A stretch of DNA of 34,043 bases from assembly GCA_026025795.1 (NCBI GenBank), contig JAPEUG010000173.1, positions 1-34,043 of the forward strand, read 5' to 3'. The position numbers were made by a program, and so were the translations under genes. Below, piece after piece: positions 22,941 through 34,043 of the stretch (positions are counted from its first letter, which is position 1; each line of letters opens with the position of its first letter). The notes under the pieces were generated by a model. That model ran no database searches and was not told the DNA's origin. It was given only the letters and a program-made list of their open reading frames with translations. This DNA is from Thelocarpon superellum. Lineage: Eukaryota.

Positions 22941-25900
22941 CTAATGATTTCGATATCCGAGCCATCGCGTCAGACCTTGCACCGATTGTGCCCGGCTCAG
23001 ACGAGACGGAGACGGCTTGCGTGCCGGCACGGATCGTGTCGAGTCAGATCTCGTCGCTCCATTCTCATCTCTCCGGGGTCCCGCGCTCACCCGCCTACTG
23101 GCGCCGCTCTTCCAAGAATTGGAGAAGCTCCGGTGATGCGACGGCTTGGCCTCGGAGTCCATGGGCGACAACGTCAGCGTCTGCACACTGGTCCTACTCC
23201 CTCCCGAATGAGTAGTGAGCGCGTGCACCACGCCCGTGCTCACACCCGCTTCCCCCTCGGTGCCGTCGCACATGCCTATCCCCTCTTCTGCGGCGAAACC
23301 GACGATATTGTTGGCGCTGCCCGACCGCCGCGAGAAGTTGCTTGTGAGGCTGGCAATACTGAGCTTGCGAATCATCGACGTCGCTGACACCTTGATCGGA
23401 TGCGAAGCCGGACGACTCCCCATCCCGGGATAGGGCAAGACATCCCGCGTCCAGACGTCACCAAGCAGCGCCTCGATCCGGCCACGCTCCACCCGTTTCG
23501 GCGCGACGATGGGGATGCGGTGCGCGGTGAGGTGCGACTGCGAGCGGATGATCGTGGGAGATGTGTTCGGCATGCGATCCTGCGCCTCAAGCAGATTATG
23601 TGTGTTCTTGATGATGACCGGAAATTGGTGCGTCTTCGGTCCCACCGTTGTCGTTCGCTGGATCGACATCCGCCGCGCCAGCGTGCCGCGATGGCCAAAC
23701 GCATGCCCGATCGGTCGACTGTCGAGACAAAGGAAGGAGAGAAAATCTTGCGCATTCGTTTCGTCGCCAACCTCGTAGGAATCATCGTCCAGTGCACGAA
23801 AGATGTATTCCGTCCACTTCGTTTCTTCCTTGCTCGAGCATGCACTCAGCATCAGCTCGTGCACATGATGGTCCGACTCAAAGACCATTTTCCATGTAAA
23901 GAGCGCCGTGTGGCATTGGAGACCTACGTCGGCGTCAGCGCGGAATGGGGCAACATATGGACGAGGACCGATGCAGCTACCTTTCCCATTGTCCGCCTTC
24001 TCCAAGCGGACACGGTTCAGGCTGATGCAGGCCACCACGTCAAAGGTGCTACTGGACTTGCGTGATGTGGCGAGGACAAGATAAGAGCGGAAGAGGGCGC
24101 ACAACATGTAAGCGCCGTCCACGCCCTTGTTCGTCTGCCAAACCACGTGCAACACGCCGCAGAGGGTGACGTGACCCAGCATGCGTAGCGCGATGGCTTG
24201 TGAGCCCTTGGTCACGCATCGCCCGGTCAGATGTAGCTCGGCATTGGACGGTTCAACGGCACGTACCTTGTCCGGGAAGATTAATTTGTCTTGGAGCAGC
24301 CAGGTCTTCTCAATCTTCTTCCGAATCTTGGGATCGTCTGTCGCGCGGTTGATCTCGCGCACCGTCTCGCGAAGGCGAAAGAGCACCTTCTGGATGTCTG
24401 CGTGGGCCTCGGGGCAATCACAGACGGGCGTCTGCTTGGCCAGGTCGGCGAACAACAACGGATACCGACACATGTGCTGGATCGGCTGGGGCAAGAGGTC
24501 AGGAGTGGCCTAGTCACGCTTCCGGACGAATGGCTTACCTTGATGAGCAGGTCACCAAAGGTGAGCCCCTTGTGATCCTGCGCCGTGCGCGCATTGATGG
24601 ACGTCAACGAGCTGGCCAGCGCCTCGATGCCCTTCTCATACGCTGACCAGGTGGGAATGCTCTTGTACGACGCGGCGACGTCGTCCACCATGATCTCGTA
24701 CTTGGCCCCGTACTCTTCGTAGGCAAAGAAGCGTTTCATCTAGAGGGCGAAGGTCAGCCAGGAGTATCATCGGCATGCATCGCTTGACCGGCATCAGGAG
24801 GCACCGACAAATTTCTGAAAGACCTTGGCCACGTCTGCGGCCACGTGGGTCTCAGCCACCAGGCCCACAAATTGATCGCCAACCGCCACCGCGGTGGTGG
24901 CGTCCGTCCCAGATGGATGGTTGGGTGCGGCATCTGGGCAGGCCTCAGGCACCGCATCAAGCCCACGCCAATGGATGTGTTGGGCGGCGGGAACGGTCTT
25001 TCGGCTGGCCAGATCCTGGTTATACTCGGAGTTGGGTACGACCTGATGCAGTTCACCGAGCAGCTCCTCGTGCAGCCGAAGAATCTCGGATACGTTGCGC
25101 TGGATGGAAGCCCGTGTCTGCTGCGACAGCGTTGGGACCGAGGCGAGGAGGCTAAAGTAGACGTTGATCAAGATCTTCATGTCGGCGATGTAACTCTCCT
25201 CGCTGCTGATCATCTCTTCCACGATGCGCCGGCGCTGGATCGCCCGTTTCCGCACGGCCTCGTCCAAGAGTGGCACGTTCACGATGGTCTTGCTGTCCGA
25301 GGACACACGGGTCTCGAGTTCAGAGGACTTGCTGCTGCGATTAGCACTGCGCCGGTACGAATGCGGCCCGCTTCGCCGGGACCGCGACGGGAGGTTGACG
25401 CTGGCCAAGCTCAGGCTGGCGGTGCGGATGGCCGACACAAAGGCCGAAGAGGAGAAGGACGTCGACTTCTTATGAAGCAGGCGCCCGCCGACACCGGCCG
25501 TGCCCTCGTCTGACTCTTCGAGTGGCTCGCGCTTATCGCTCGGGGCCAGCGTCTGGACCGGGTTGAGGCTCTTGCGTCGCATCGTATCAACCCATCGCTT
25601 GAAAGGTTGATGGACTTCACGCGGCTCTGCGGCGTCGTCGTCCTCTTCTCGCACCTCGCACGCTCCATTGTTCTCCCTGCCCGGTCGGACCTGCAGCATG
25701 ATCTTTGAAGGCTGATGAAAGATCCTCCAGCGAAGGCTCTCCTTTTTGGGGCTGGGGCTGGATGAGGGGGTGCTATTGAGATCCACCTCGTGGAAGTGAT
25801 CGGGGTTCAGCGAGGGACCCATCTCGGATAGTTCGAAGGATAGGCTCTCTGTGCTCGAGTCTGACTCTTGCGAATAGATGCTAGAGGAGGGTCGTGACTG

Positions 25901-26158
25901 CGTGGCGGATTGACAGTCACCCGAAGGGCGGCCTTGCTCCGGTGCCGGCGGTTCGTTCCCATTACGGACCCGCAGCGTGCCTCGCGGGACCGACGGCATG
26001 GACATGTACGAATCGAGAAAGACCTCGCCATCTTCGGGGCGTGGGGAGCACTGGAAGGGTGATGGTGACTGGTCCGCAAGAGGAGGAATTGGCCATGATG
26101 GGGTGTCGGCACGGGCGGACGAATACCGGTTAGGAAACATGGGAGGTAGGTCGGCCAT
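22941..26158 (-). CDS. Dbl-family Rho guanine nucleotide exchange factor (DH-PH), 5 exons
   Basis: DH domain: RRRIVEEMISSEESYIADMKIL...EILRLHEELL...FFAYEEYG...LTFGDLLIK|PIQHMCRYPLLFADLAKQTP...VREIN. PH-like region: LCGVLHVVWQ...YMLCALFRSYLVLA...SACSSKEETKW. Introns 24740-24808, 24486-24538, 24207-24266, 23924-23980. Long disordered N-terminus; start codon is approximate. Confidence 0.9.
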
Positions 26159-26414
26159 ATTGCACGATGCCGAACTGCACGATGCCTGGGCGTCGTACGC
26201 AACGGAGGACGTACGGTGTGGGATGGTGGGAGGGCGGGAGGGTGGGAAGACGTGGGGAGATGTTGGGAGAGGATGGGCGAACGTTGGGAGAGATGCCGGA
26301 AGCGATACACTTGCAAGATTTCAATATGGACGCACGCCGTCTGCAGCTTGGTCTGGATGCGAGAGAATAAGACAAACCAAAGCGATGCAATGAACTGAAC
26401 AACAAGAGTTGGGA

Positions 26415-26450
26415 GAAGAAGAAGAAGAAGAAGAAGAAGAAGAAGAAGAA
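26415..26450. repeat. (GAA)12 trinucleotide repeat upstream of the RhoGEF
   Basis: Perfect 12 copies; reads (TTC)12 on the RhoGEF sense strand. Confidence 0.95.
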
Positions 26451-26973
26451 GAGTGAGAAGATCCAGCATCCGTTGGGCAGAGATTGGTCCATGTAGTCAC
26501 AGTGGCCGACGGTTGTGTTCAGCGCGACTGTCGCGCAGGGAGGAGCAGTCATTGTCTCAAGCCTTGGGATTGATTTGATACCTATGAGTACTCAGTACAT
26601 GTGGGAGGTGCTATCCAAGACAAGGAACTAGCTCTGTAGAGGAAAGCTTGGGGAGATGGATGGCAACTACTCCGGATAATTGGCTATGAACGTGCTCACG
26701 GATATGCATCATGTCATTGATTGTCGGGCGCAGGAGCAATCAGACAGAAGAAAGTGCAGATAGGGGCCGCCGCAGTGACGGTGCGGCTCTGGCACCCCGT
26801 AGCCGTTTTGCCAGGGCCACAACGCCCCTCTCGGCAAATCTTCCAGGTAGCCGGCAGGGCATTCGCAACGTCTTACCTAATCCAGCTCCCTTCACACTCG
26901 GTGCAGCGTTGGCATCAGACTCGTCTACGCCGTCGGATTGACCAAGGAGCGTCCGCTTCTTCGTGTGCCCCAG

Positions 26974-27832
26974 ATGGGTCTTCCACTTATGGATTCCATA
27001 CATGCACCCACGGTTGAATCTGGCCCGACGTCGGGCGTGCCTGGCTCTAGCGGGGCGGATGTCAGTCGGTTCTCGTTAATGGAGCTGATTGCGGAGAAGG
27101 ATCGGGTACAGAATGAGCTGAAGGCGCTGAGCGCGGTCTTGGACTCTGTATGCTCTCGACGATACTCTACGAATCCCGTCAACCTTCTTGGAAGCTCTGA
27201 AGCTCACTGGGGATCCAGCATGGCGTAAATATGAATACCAGTCTCACGACCTTTGATGGGTATCCGCGCAGCGACGTCGACGTTGCGCAAATCCGCACCG
27301 TCCGAGCTCGGATCATCCCTTTACGCAATGACTACAAGGCGCTCATGGACCGGATCGAACAAGGACTGCATGCATACCATGCCTCTGGCCCTTCTGTTAC
27401 CCTACCAGACACTTCCGGCCTCAGCTCAACGGCGTTCATGTCGAGGGAAACCACCCGCGACGGCCGATCGGCCGCAGATATGACGGAAGTCCCGTTCGCG
27501 ACAGTCAACAGTGTGGCTCCGGGAAGCCCAGCGGCAGACGCGGGCTTGCAACCGGGCGACGGTGTTCGTCGATTCGGTGAAGTCAACTGGATCAACCATG
27601 AAAAGCTGAGCCGGGTGGCGGAGACGGTGCAACGGAACGAAGGCGTGAGTCAGGCCGGGAGTCTGCAAGAGGGACTGAAGCTAATGTACGGTTAATTAAG
27701 CATGCCATCACGGTCAAAGTGTCCCGGAACCACTCGTTTACGAGATCGGTGGAGGAGCTAGAGCTCGAGTTGACGCCTCGAAGCGATTGGGGCGGTCGCG
27801 GGATGCTTGGGTGTCATTTAGTGCCAGCATGA
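26974..27832 (+). CDS. NAS2: 26S proteasome base assembly chaperone Nas2/p27 (PSMD9), PDZ domain, 3 exons
   Basis: MGLPLMDSIHAPTV...LMELIAEKDRVQNELKALSAVLDS|HGVNMNTSLTTFDGYPRSDVDVAQIRTVRARII.LRND...PFATVNSVAPGSPAADAGL...|...LTPRSDWGGRGMLGCHLVPA*. Confidence 0.94.
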
Positions 27833-28020
27833 CGTGGACGGATATGGGGGGTATCGTAGCATGTAGCAGATCAGGGCGTCTGGCAACTTTCCCTCTAGCC
27901 ATCCCTCAATGAGCACGGTATGATGGTGTGCCACGAATTCTGGGCAGAGACGCGTATGTAGCACCTATGCGACGTGGACGGATGACGGTCAACGTGGATT
28001 TCGTGGTAGGCACGGCCGGC

Positions 28021-28111
28021 GGCCAATCAGCGATCGAGCGATTTGACTTATCGCCGATGTGCTTCTCGATAATTGCCATGGCGGTTGGGCACCGGCTATG
28101 CTGCACGTGAC
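28021..28111 (+). promoter_or_regulatory. CCAAT box (GGCCAATCAG) and CACGTGAC E-box upstream of Ran
   Basis: Consensus motifs about 380-460 bp upstream of the Ran ATG. Function is inferred only. Confidence 0.35.
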
Positions 28112-28486
28112 CATGGCGAATTTCCCAGCCATTCGGCTGCCGGGACAGCGACGGCGGTGTGTCGTCTACTATAGGAGGATGACAGTGTGAGTCCCTGGGC
28201 CCCACTACTTGCCAGAACGCCGTACCAGCTGGCCCGGTGGACCGCTTGAAAGATTCACAACATCCAAGCTCATCCTTGCCTCAACTTCGCCCTCATCTCC
28301 ACTTTGCGCACCGCGGCGGTTCACACCTCTTCTCCACCGCTGCACTCTTCCTCTACTCGGCGGTAAGTGTCGATAAGCCCGTGCGACTCGCGTCACCCCA
28401 TGATAAGATCCTGATTGAAGTCGGCCCAGCTACTTCTCATCCTCGCATCCCCCCCTCCACATCCCGCCTTTCCGCCAACTACGATC

Positions 28487-29426
28487 ATGGCCGAAGCACA
28501 GGCCGTCCCCACCTTCAAGCTGGTGCTTGTGGGTGATGGTGGTACGGGCAAGGTGAGATGAAATTCTTGTCCGCCCAACCTGACGTGATCTCGGACTGAC
28601 GTGGGCCAGACGACGTTCGTCAAGCGCCACTTGACGGGCGAGTTCGAGAAGAAGTACATTGCGACGCTCGGAGTTGAAGTGCATCCACTGGGATTCAGCA
28701 CGGTGAGTGGGAACAGGAGATGGTAAGAACCCTCACTGATCCGCGACAGAACCTTGGCCCGATCCAGTTTGACGTGTGGGACACGGCGGGGCAAGAAAAG
28801 TTCGGTGGACTCCGAGACGGCTACTACATCAACGGACAATGTGGCATCATCATGTTTGACGTGACCTCTCGGATCACGTACAAGAACGTGCCCAACTGGC
28901 ATCGTGAGTGGCCCCTCGCTCTCCGCTACGTTTTGGGGGAGCCGTCGAACTGACAAGCGGCAGGCGACCTGGTGCGAGTGTGCGAGAACATCCCCATCGT
29001 CCTGACGGGCAATAAAGTGGACGTCAAGGAGCGCAAAGTCAAGGCCAAGGCCATCATCTTTCATCGAAAGAAGAACCTGCAATATTACGACATCTCGGCC
29101 AAGTCCAACTACAACTTTGAGAAGCCATTCTTGTGGTTGGCGCGGAAGTTGGTGGGGAACCAAGGATTGGTGAGACTCTTCCATTTTTTTCGTTTCTCGA
29201 GATTCTCACGAGTGAGGAGTGAGGAGTGAGGAGTGTGGTTATGGGAGCAGAAGGATGGCGAAGACGGACAGGATAGGCTAACGACGAAACCCAGGAATTT
29301 GTGGCCCAACCGGCGCTCGCGCCCCCAACGGTGCAAGTGGACGAAACGCTACTAGAGCAATACAACAAGGAGATGCAAGACGCAGCGAAGATGCCGCTAC
29401 CGGATGAAAGTGATACGGATCTGTAG
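28487..29426 (+). CDS. GSP1: Ran GTPase (Gsp1/Spi1), 5 exons
   Basis: [42 protein letters not shown]...[17 protein letters not shown]...GNKVD...[21 protein letters not shown]...[10 protein letters not shown]. Four GT-AG introns. Confidence 0.98.
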
Positions 29427-30413
29427 GGGAAGGCTCACAACCTCCTCTATCTGCCTCTAGCTCTTTCTCTACATTTGCATCTCCATCTCCATCTTCATCT
29501 TCGCCTTCACTCTCATCGTCTTCGATGAGAATGGATGTGAGAATGAGAGTGAGATCGAAAGCGTGTTAGTGATAGTGGTAGTGGTCGTAGAGGGTGACCT
29601 GGAGACAGGAGGAAGGCGGGAACGGAAGTGGAAGTGGAATGGAAAGTGGAACCGTGACAGATGATGACAAAGAGAGGAAGAATAGCCAGCCAGCCAGCTA
29701 GATAGACAAAGTGAGAAGGAATGAATCAGCGAATAAATGAAAGGATGAAAGCATGTAAGAATGAGAAAAAGTACTCATACTTAGCGGTGATTGATTGTCC
29801 TCCCACGTACGGTACAAAGAGAGAAAGAGGACACAGGGGCAAGGAAGAAAGAGAGAACGAGAGGAAAGAGGCGAGGAGGAAAAGTACAGGAGCTGAGGCG
29901 CTGAGGAGAATCAGTCAATCTTGCCCGATCTACCTATCTGCCTGACCATCGTATGTTCGAGAAGGAGGTTTGCATTTACTAGGTGATATGTGTGGTGTGG
30001 AAGTCGAGGCCGTCCTTGTTCCACCCATGTCCCATGCCATTCCCCTATCCCCCCAGGTATCCATCCATTCGTCCATCCATGTATCGTCCTAGGCAGTCCG
30101 TTCTGTCAACCCATCACCCTTCTACCATCATTTCCTTCCGAATCAGTCTTAGGAGTCCGTGGAGTCCGACATGACCCTTTCGCCATCGATTCATTACTCA
30201 ATTACATTCTCCGTCCGTCCGGCTGCAAGTCTCTAATTTCGCCCATCTTCGTGGTACGCCCGTCCTTATCCTTGTCCTTGTCCTAGTCCTGTCCCGCATC
30301 GTAGATCAACATGCTGTCGAAAATCTACTCGTATGTTCTTCATGTGGGCGCGCGTAAGTTTGTGCATGAAGATAGGTCCCTTCGTAGGCGAGTGGATGTA
30401 GTGTCGTCCCGAC

Positions 30414-33400
30414 CTATATGCCTCCATCGGCGCCCTGATCACGTACCCGGGATCGTTAGTCGACTGAGCCACGGTTGGAGACGGGTGAGGTGACTCACGA
30501 AAAGAAACGTCAACTCGCGCAGGCCAAGCCGTCCAATCTTCTCGCTGGCCTTCTCGTCCAGCGCCCCCTCGATCAAGGCCCGCTTCTTATCCTGCAGCGC
30601 AATGATCCGGTCCTCCACCGTCCCCTGCACCAGGATCCGATGTACCTTGACCGGCCGGAGTTGTCCGATGCGATGCGTGCGATCGACGGCCTGTTCTTCG
30701 ATGAAGGGGTTCCAGAAAGGATCGAGGATGATGACCTGCGACGCAGCGACGAGGTTGAGCCCGGCGTTGCCCGCCTTGAGCGACACGAGCATGATCTTGC
30801 AATCCGCCTTGTCCGTAAACTCCATCACCGCGTTGTTGCGCTGTGTCGTCGACATGGAGCCGTCGTATCGCTTGAAGCCCCAGTTCTTGCGCGCGATCGG
30901 AATCTCGACGAGATCAAGCAGTGATGTGAACTGGCTGAAGACGATCGTCTTCTCACCTGTCGACGCAGCTTGGATCTGCTCGAGGATCTCGCAGCACTTC
31001 TCTACCTTGGCGCTGGGGATCCACTCCCGTCCCAGCCGACGCATGTATCGCGTACGAGCCTTGGCGTTCCTCATGCCCTCCTTCTTTAGCTGCGCCAACG
31101 ACTTGCTCGGCGCCTTGGCCTTGCCTTTGCCCTTGGTGTCGCGCTTCTTGCCATGGCCCTTGCCTGTGGACGTGACCTTCTCACGGCGCGTCGGTCCCCG
31201 ACCGCCGCCCCCCTCGGTGTCATCTTCGTCGTCCGCCACGATGAAGCCGTCCAAGGATGAGTCGGTCTCGTCCGCCTCCGAGTCCGCGTCCGTCTCCGAG
31301 TCGCTATCGCCCTCGGCGTCGGGGCTCGTGGCCTTCTCGGACGCATCCGTGGTGACGGCCATGTGCACCTTCTTGAAGCTGATGTAATCGATGGTCTTCT
31401 TGGATGCGATCCGTCCGCGGCATTGCGGGCAGCGCACCTCGGACGTCTCACTGCCCTGCGCCAAGCCTTGCATGTTGGACTGGTCCGAGATCTTGGCGAA
31501 GCACTCGGCGCACGTATCGTGGCCGCAGGGGATGAAGATGGCCGGATTCTCCACGGCATCGTAGCACACGGGACATTCAAAGGCCTCGGTCTCGCGGATG
31601 CGTGCCACCACGTCTGGAGCCAGCTCGGTGGCCACCCGGAGCATGTCCTCGGGCGACAGGTCGCCGTTGTTCAGAACCTCTTGGGCAAAGTCCGTGATCA
31701 GATGGGGGTGGCAGCAGGCTTGTCGCAGGCGCAAGAGCAGCACCAGTACGTTGGAATAGTTGCGGCCGACCGCGTTCTGGCGCACGAATCGATTGAATTG
31801 CAGTCGCGTCTGCGTCTCGAGCGCGGTGTAGAACTCTTGCTGGGCGTCGTCAAAGACCACGTGCCGGATCTCATTGGTGCGCGCCGGGAGGTTGATGATG
31901 GGCTTGCCATCGATCTCAGACCGCTTGGTGCGGCGCAGGAGGATGGCTTTGAGGAGCGCCTGCAACTTTCTCATCGCCTGGTCGTATGAGGTGGCGCTGG
32001 TCGATCGGAGAGGGGTGGTAAAGGCCTAAGCACATGTCAGCCGCGGCGCGGGCCATCTTCGTGCAAGCGTCCTACCCGCTGAAAGGCGACCGCCTCGTGG
32101 TAGGGCTTGATGCGTAAGAACTCGATGAGCGATTGCAGCTCCGACACGCCGTTCATCATCGGCGTGCCCGTGAGACAGAAGCGTGTCAACGCCTTCAGCG
32201 CGCAGGCACCCAAGGCAGCCTTGGTGGTCCGGTTCTTGATGCATTGCGCCTCATCCACGATGACACTGCGACGGGGTCAGCGTGGCTCTCATCTCCCGCT
32301 CAGGCACACTCGCAACGCACCGATACCATTTCGACTCGGTCCCGAGCAGGGGCAGATGCGGCGGCGGGCCGGTCGCGCCCTCCTCGGCCGCCGCGTGACC
32401 TCGAAGCTTTTTGAGCTCCGAAGCCAACGTACCAAAGGTGGTCAAGACCACGTCGTACTCGCGCAGGAGCTTCCAATGCGCATTTCGCTTGGCACCGTGC
32501 AAGGTGAAGGTGCGGAGCCGGTGGCTGGGCTTCAGCTTGGTGGCGATCTCGCGCTCCCACTGCTTCATAAGGGCCACGGGAGCCACAACGAGCGTCGTCT
32601 TTCGCTGAGCATCGGTCGAGGGCCGCGAAACGAGCAAGGCCAGAGCCTGAATAGTCTTGCCTAAGCCCATGTCATCGGCCAAGATGCCGCCTTTATTCGA
32701 GCCCTCCTCCATGCTCTTCATCCAGGCCAGGCCGAGCTTCTGATGCTCCATGAGCGGATACTTCATTGCTTCGGGCGTCCCTTCGCGGTTCTCCGGCGGC
32801 AACTCTGCGTCCGGCCGGATGTTCTCAAGTAAGGTCTTTAGCTCTTCGCGCGTCTTGGTGGGATCGTTGGCGACGTAGTCATAGTATTCCGCTTGCCGCG
32901 ACGTCCATCGTGGCGACTGCAGCGGCCCGAGGTCCGAGAGATCGAACGGATTATTTGCGATGACATCACGCAAATTCGTCGCATGTGCTTGTGATGCCTC
33001 GTACTGCGGTCCACCCGACAAAGCACCATGCTGTGGCCCACGGCGGTAGGAGGATGTTGGCATGTCCGGCAAGGGGGATATTGGTTGTCCCACGACGACG
33101 ATCTCACCGGATGGCGTCTGGTAAACGTCGGGCGCCAGCCAGGTGGCCGCGGATCCATATCGACTGGCACCGCCCGCGGCGGCGAGGCTGGGGTTTACTG
33201 ACGGCTGGCCCCGATAGTCGCGAAGCGGAACTCGTTGCCCCGACCATGATTCGTCCATTGAAGCGGATGCGTCCACTGGCATCGGATTCGAAAGGAGGTG
33301 CATGACATCGTCGTCAAAGGCTGCGTCGATCTCCTGTCCCGCTAAGGGAGGGTCTTCCTCGGTAGCCAAATCGATGACAGTCGCCGACCCGGCGTGTGGG

Positions 33401-34043
33401 GTCATATTCAGGTGCTGCCTGAGAGGCTGGCGGTATACCGAGGCTGAATGAGTGGTGGCCGGTGTCTGCTCGGCAGCGCGGTGGATGGAGGCGGTCTCCG
33501 GTTGGGTGGAGGTAAAGACTGGCCAGACCTGAGCGGTAGACGAGGGCGGTGACGAGAGGGTCGTAGGCATACTGGACCTGGCCATCGTCCGGCTTGCCTG
33601 CTCTTCATTCTGCAGGGCCTGGGCCCATGCCGCATCCCTGGCGAACGGTTAGCCACTGCCATGAGCCACGAGCCACACGCCACAGGACGCAGGGGGAAAC
33701 TACGAACCTAGCCTCTTGCTCGGACTTTTCTTGAAACCAGCGTGCATCCTCCTTCTGCTCCCGTAGCCAGATTTTGGCTTCGGCCGGGTCTACATCGACG
33801 CCCATGAAGCTTCGGGCGATTTCCAAGTCTCTATGAGTCGGATCAGTCTGCGCGCCGGACGGCCTCACCGGGCGATGAATGGTCCGGGGACTTACTCGGG
33901 CGATACGCTGGATGACGCATGAGAAGACGGCGTGGTAGTCCCGGTCAAGGCGGGACTAGGTGTGGTGCGTCTTGACTTGGTGTCGGGGCGACCGGAGGTG
34001 GATTGCGAGCCGGTGCTGCCGCGTGCTCGCTTCCTAGGGGTCA
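30414..34043 (-). CDS. SNF2-family ATPase/helicase with RING finger, Uls1/Ris1 (Rad5/16 group)-like; 5' end lies beyond the window
   Basis: LMEHQKLGLAWM...GGILADDMGLGKTIQ (Walker A), DEAQCIKN (motif II), CLTGTPMMN, LLRLRQACCHPHL, RING CPVC...CGH..CAEC...CPQC, KTIVFSQFT, SLKAGNAGLNL, QAVDRTHRIGQ. At least 5 introns; last exon GADGGI*. Confidence 0.93.

Noticed and set aside
28393..29184. 263-aa ATG-initiated ORF antisense to Ran, crossing three introns
   Set aside because: The translation is a typical antisense shadow of a GC3-rich conserved gene, with no independent motifs.
1..34043. CRISPR arrays, prokaryotic operons, telomerase RNA template, secondary-metabolite cluster
   Set aside because: The DNA is eukaryotic and intron-containing. 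I saw no spaced repeats, no CTAACCCTAA template and no PKS/NRPS/terpene backbone gene.

Overview
Eukaryotic, intron-rich, GC-rich genomic DNA from a filamentous ascomycete (Pezizomycotina-type genes; short GT-AG introns with CTRAC/CTRAY branch sites). By hand-splicing the sequence I can support 12 protein-coding loci or remnants. From left to right: a decayed LTR-retrotransposon gag remnant (about 1-1990); an SV2/SVOP-like MFS transporter (-); a secreted Gly/Ser-rich, probably GPI-anchored protein (+); a zeta-crystallin-like quinone oxidoreductase (-); ubiquilin Dsk2 (+); NADPH oxidase NoxA (-) divergently paired with its p22phox-like partner NoxD/Pro41 (+); a TDG/MUG uracil-DNA glycosylase (+); an Rtc3/SBDS-N protein (-); a DH-PH RhoGEF (-); the proteasome chaperone Nas2 (+); Ran GTPase (+); and a Uls1/Ris1-like SNF2-RING helicase (-, 5' end outside the window). 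Apart from the left end this is core genome. The most interesting items are the noxA-noxD head-to-head pair with a nearby RhoGEF, a 7-nt terminal micro-exon supplying NoxA's C-terminal His-Phe, an N-terminal TDG exon that needs either a GC-AG/weak-GT intron or TAG bypass, and a poly-Phe upstream ORF overlapping the RhoGEF start. I see no clearly novel multi-gene system. Family calls rest on motif recognition from memory, not on database searches.
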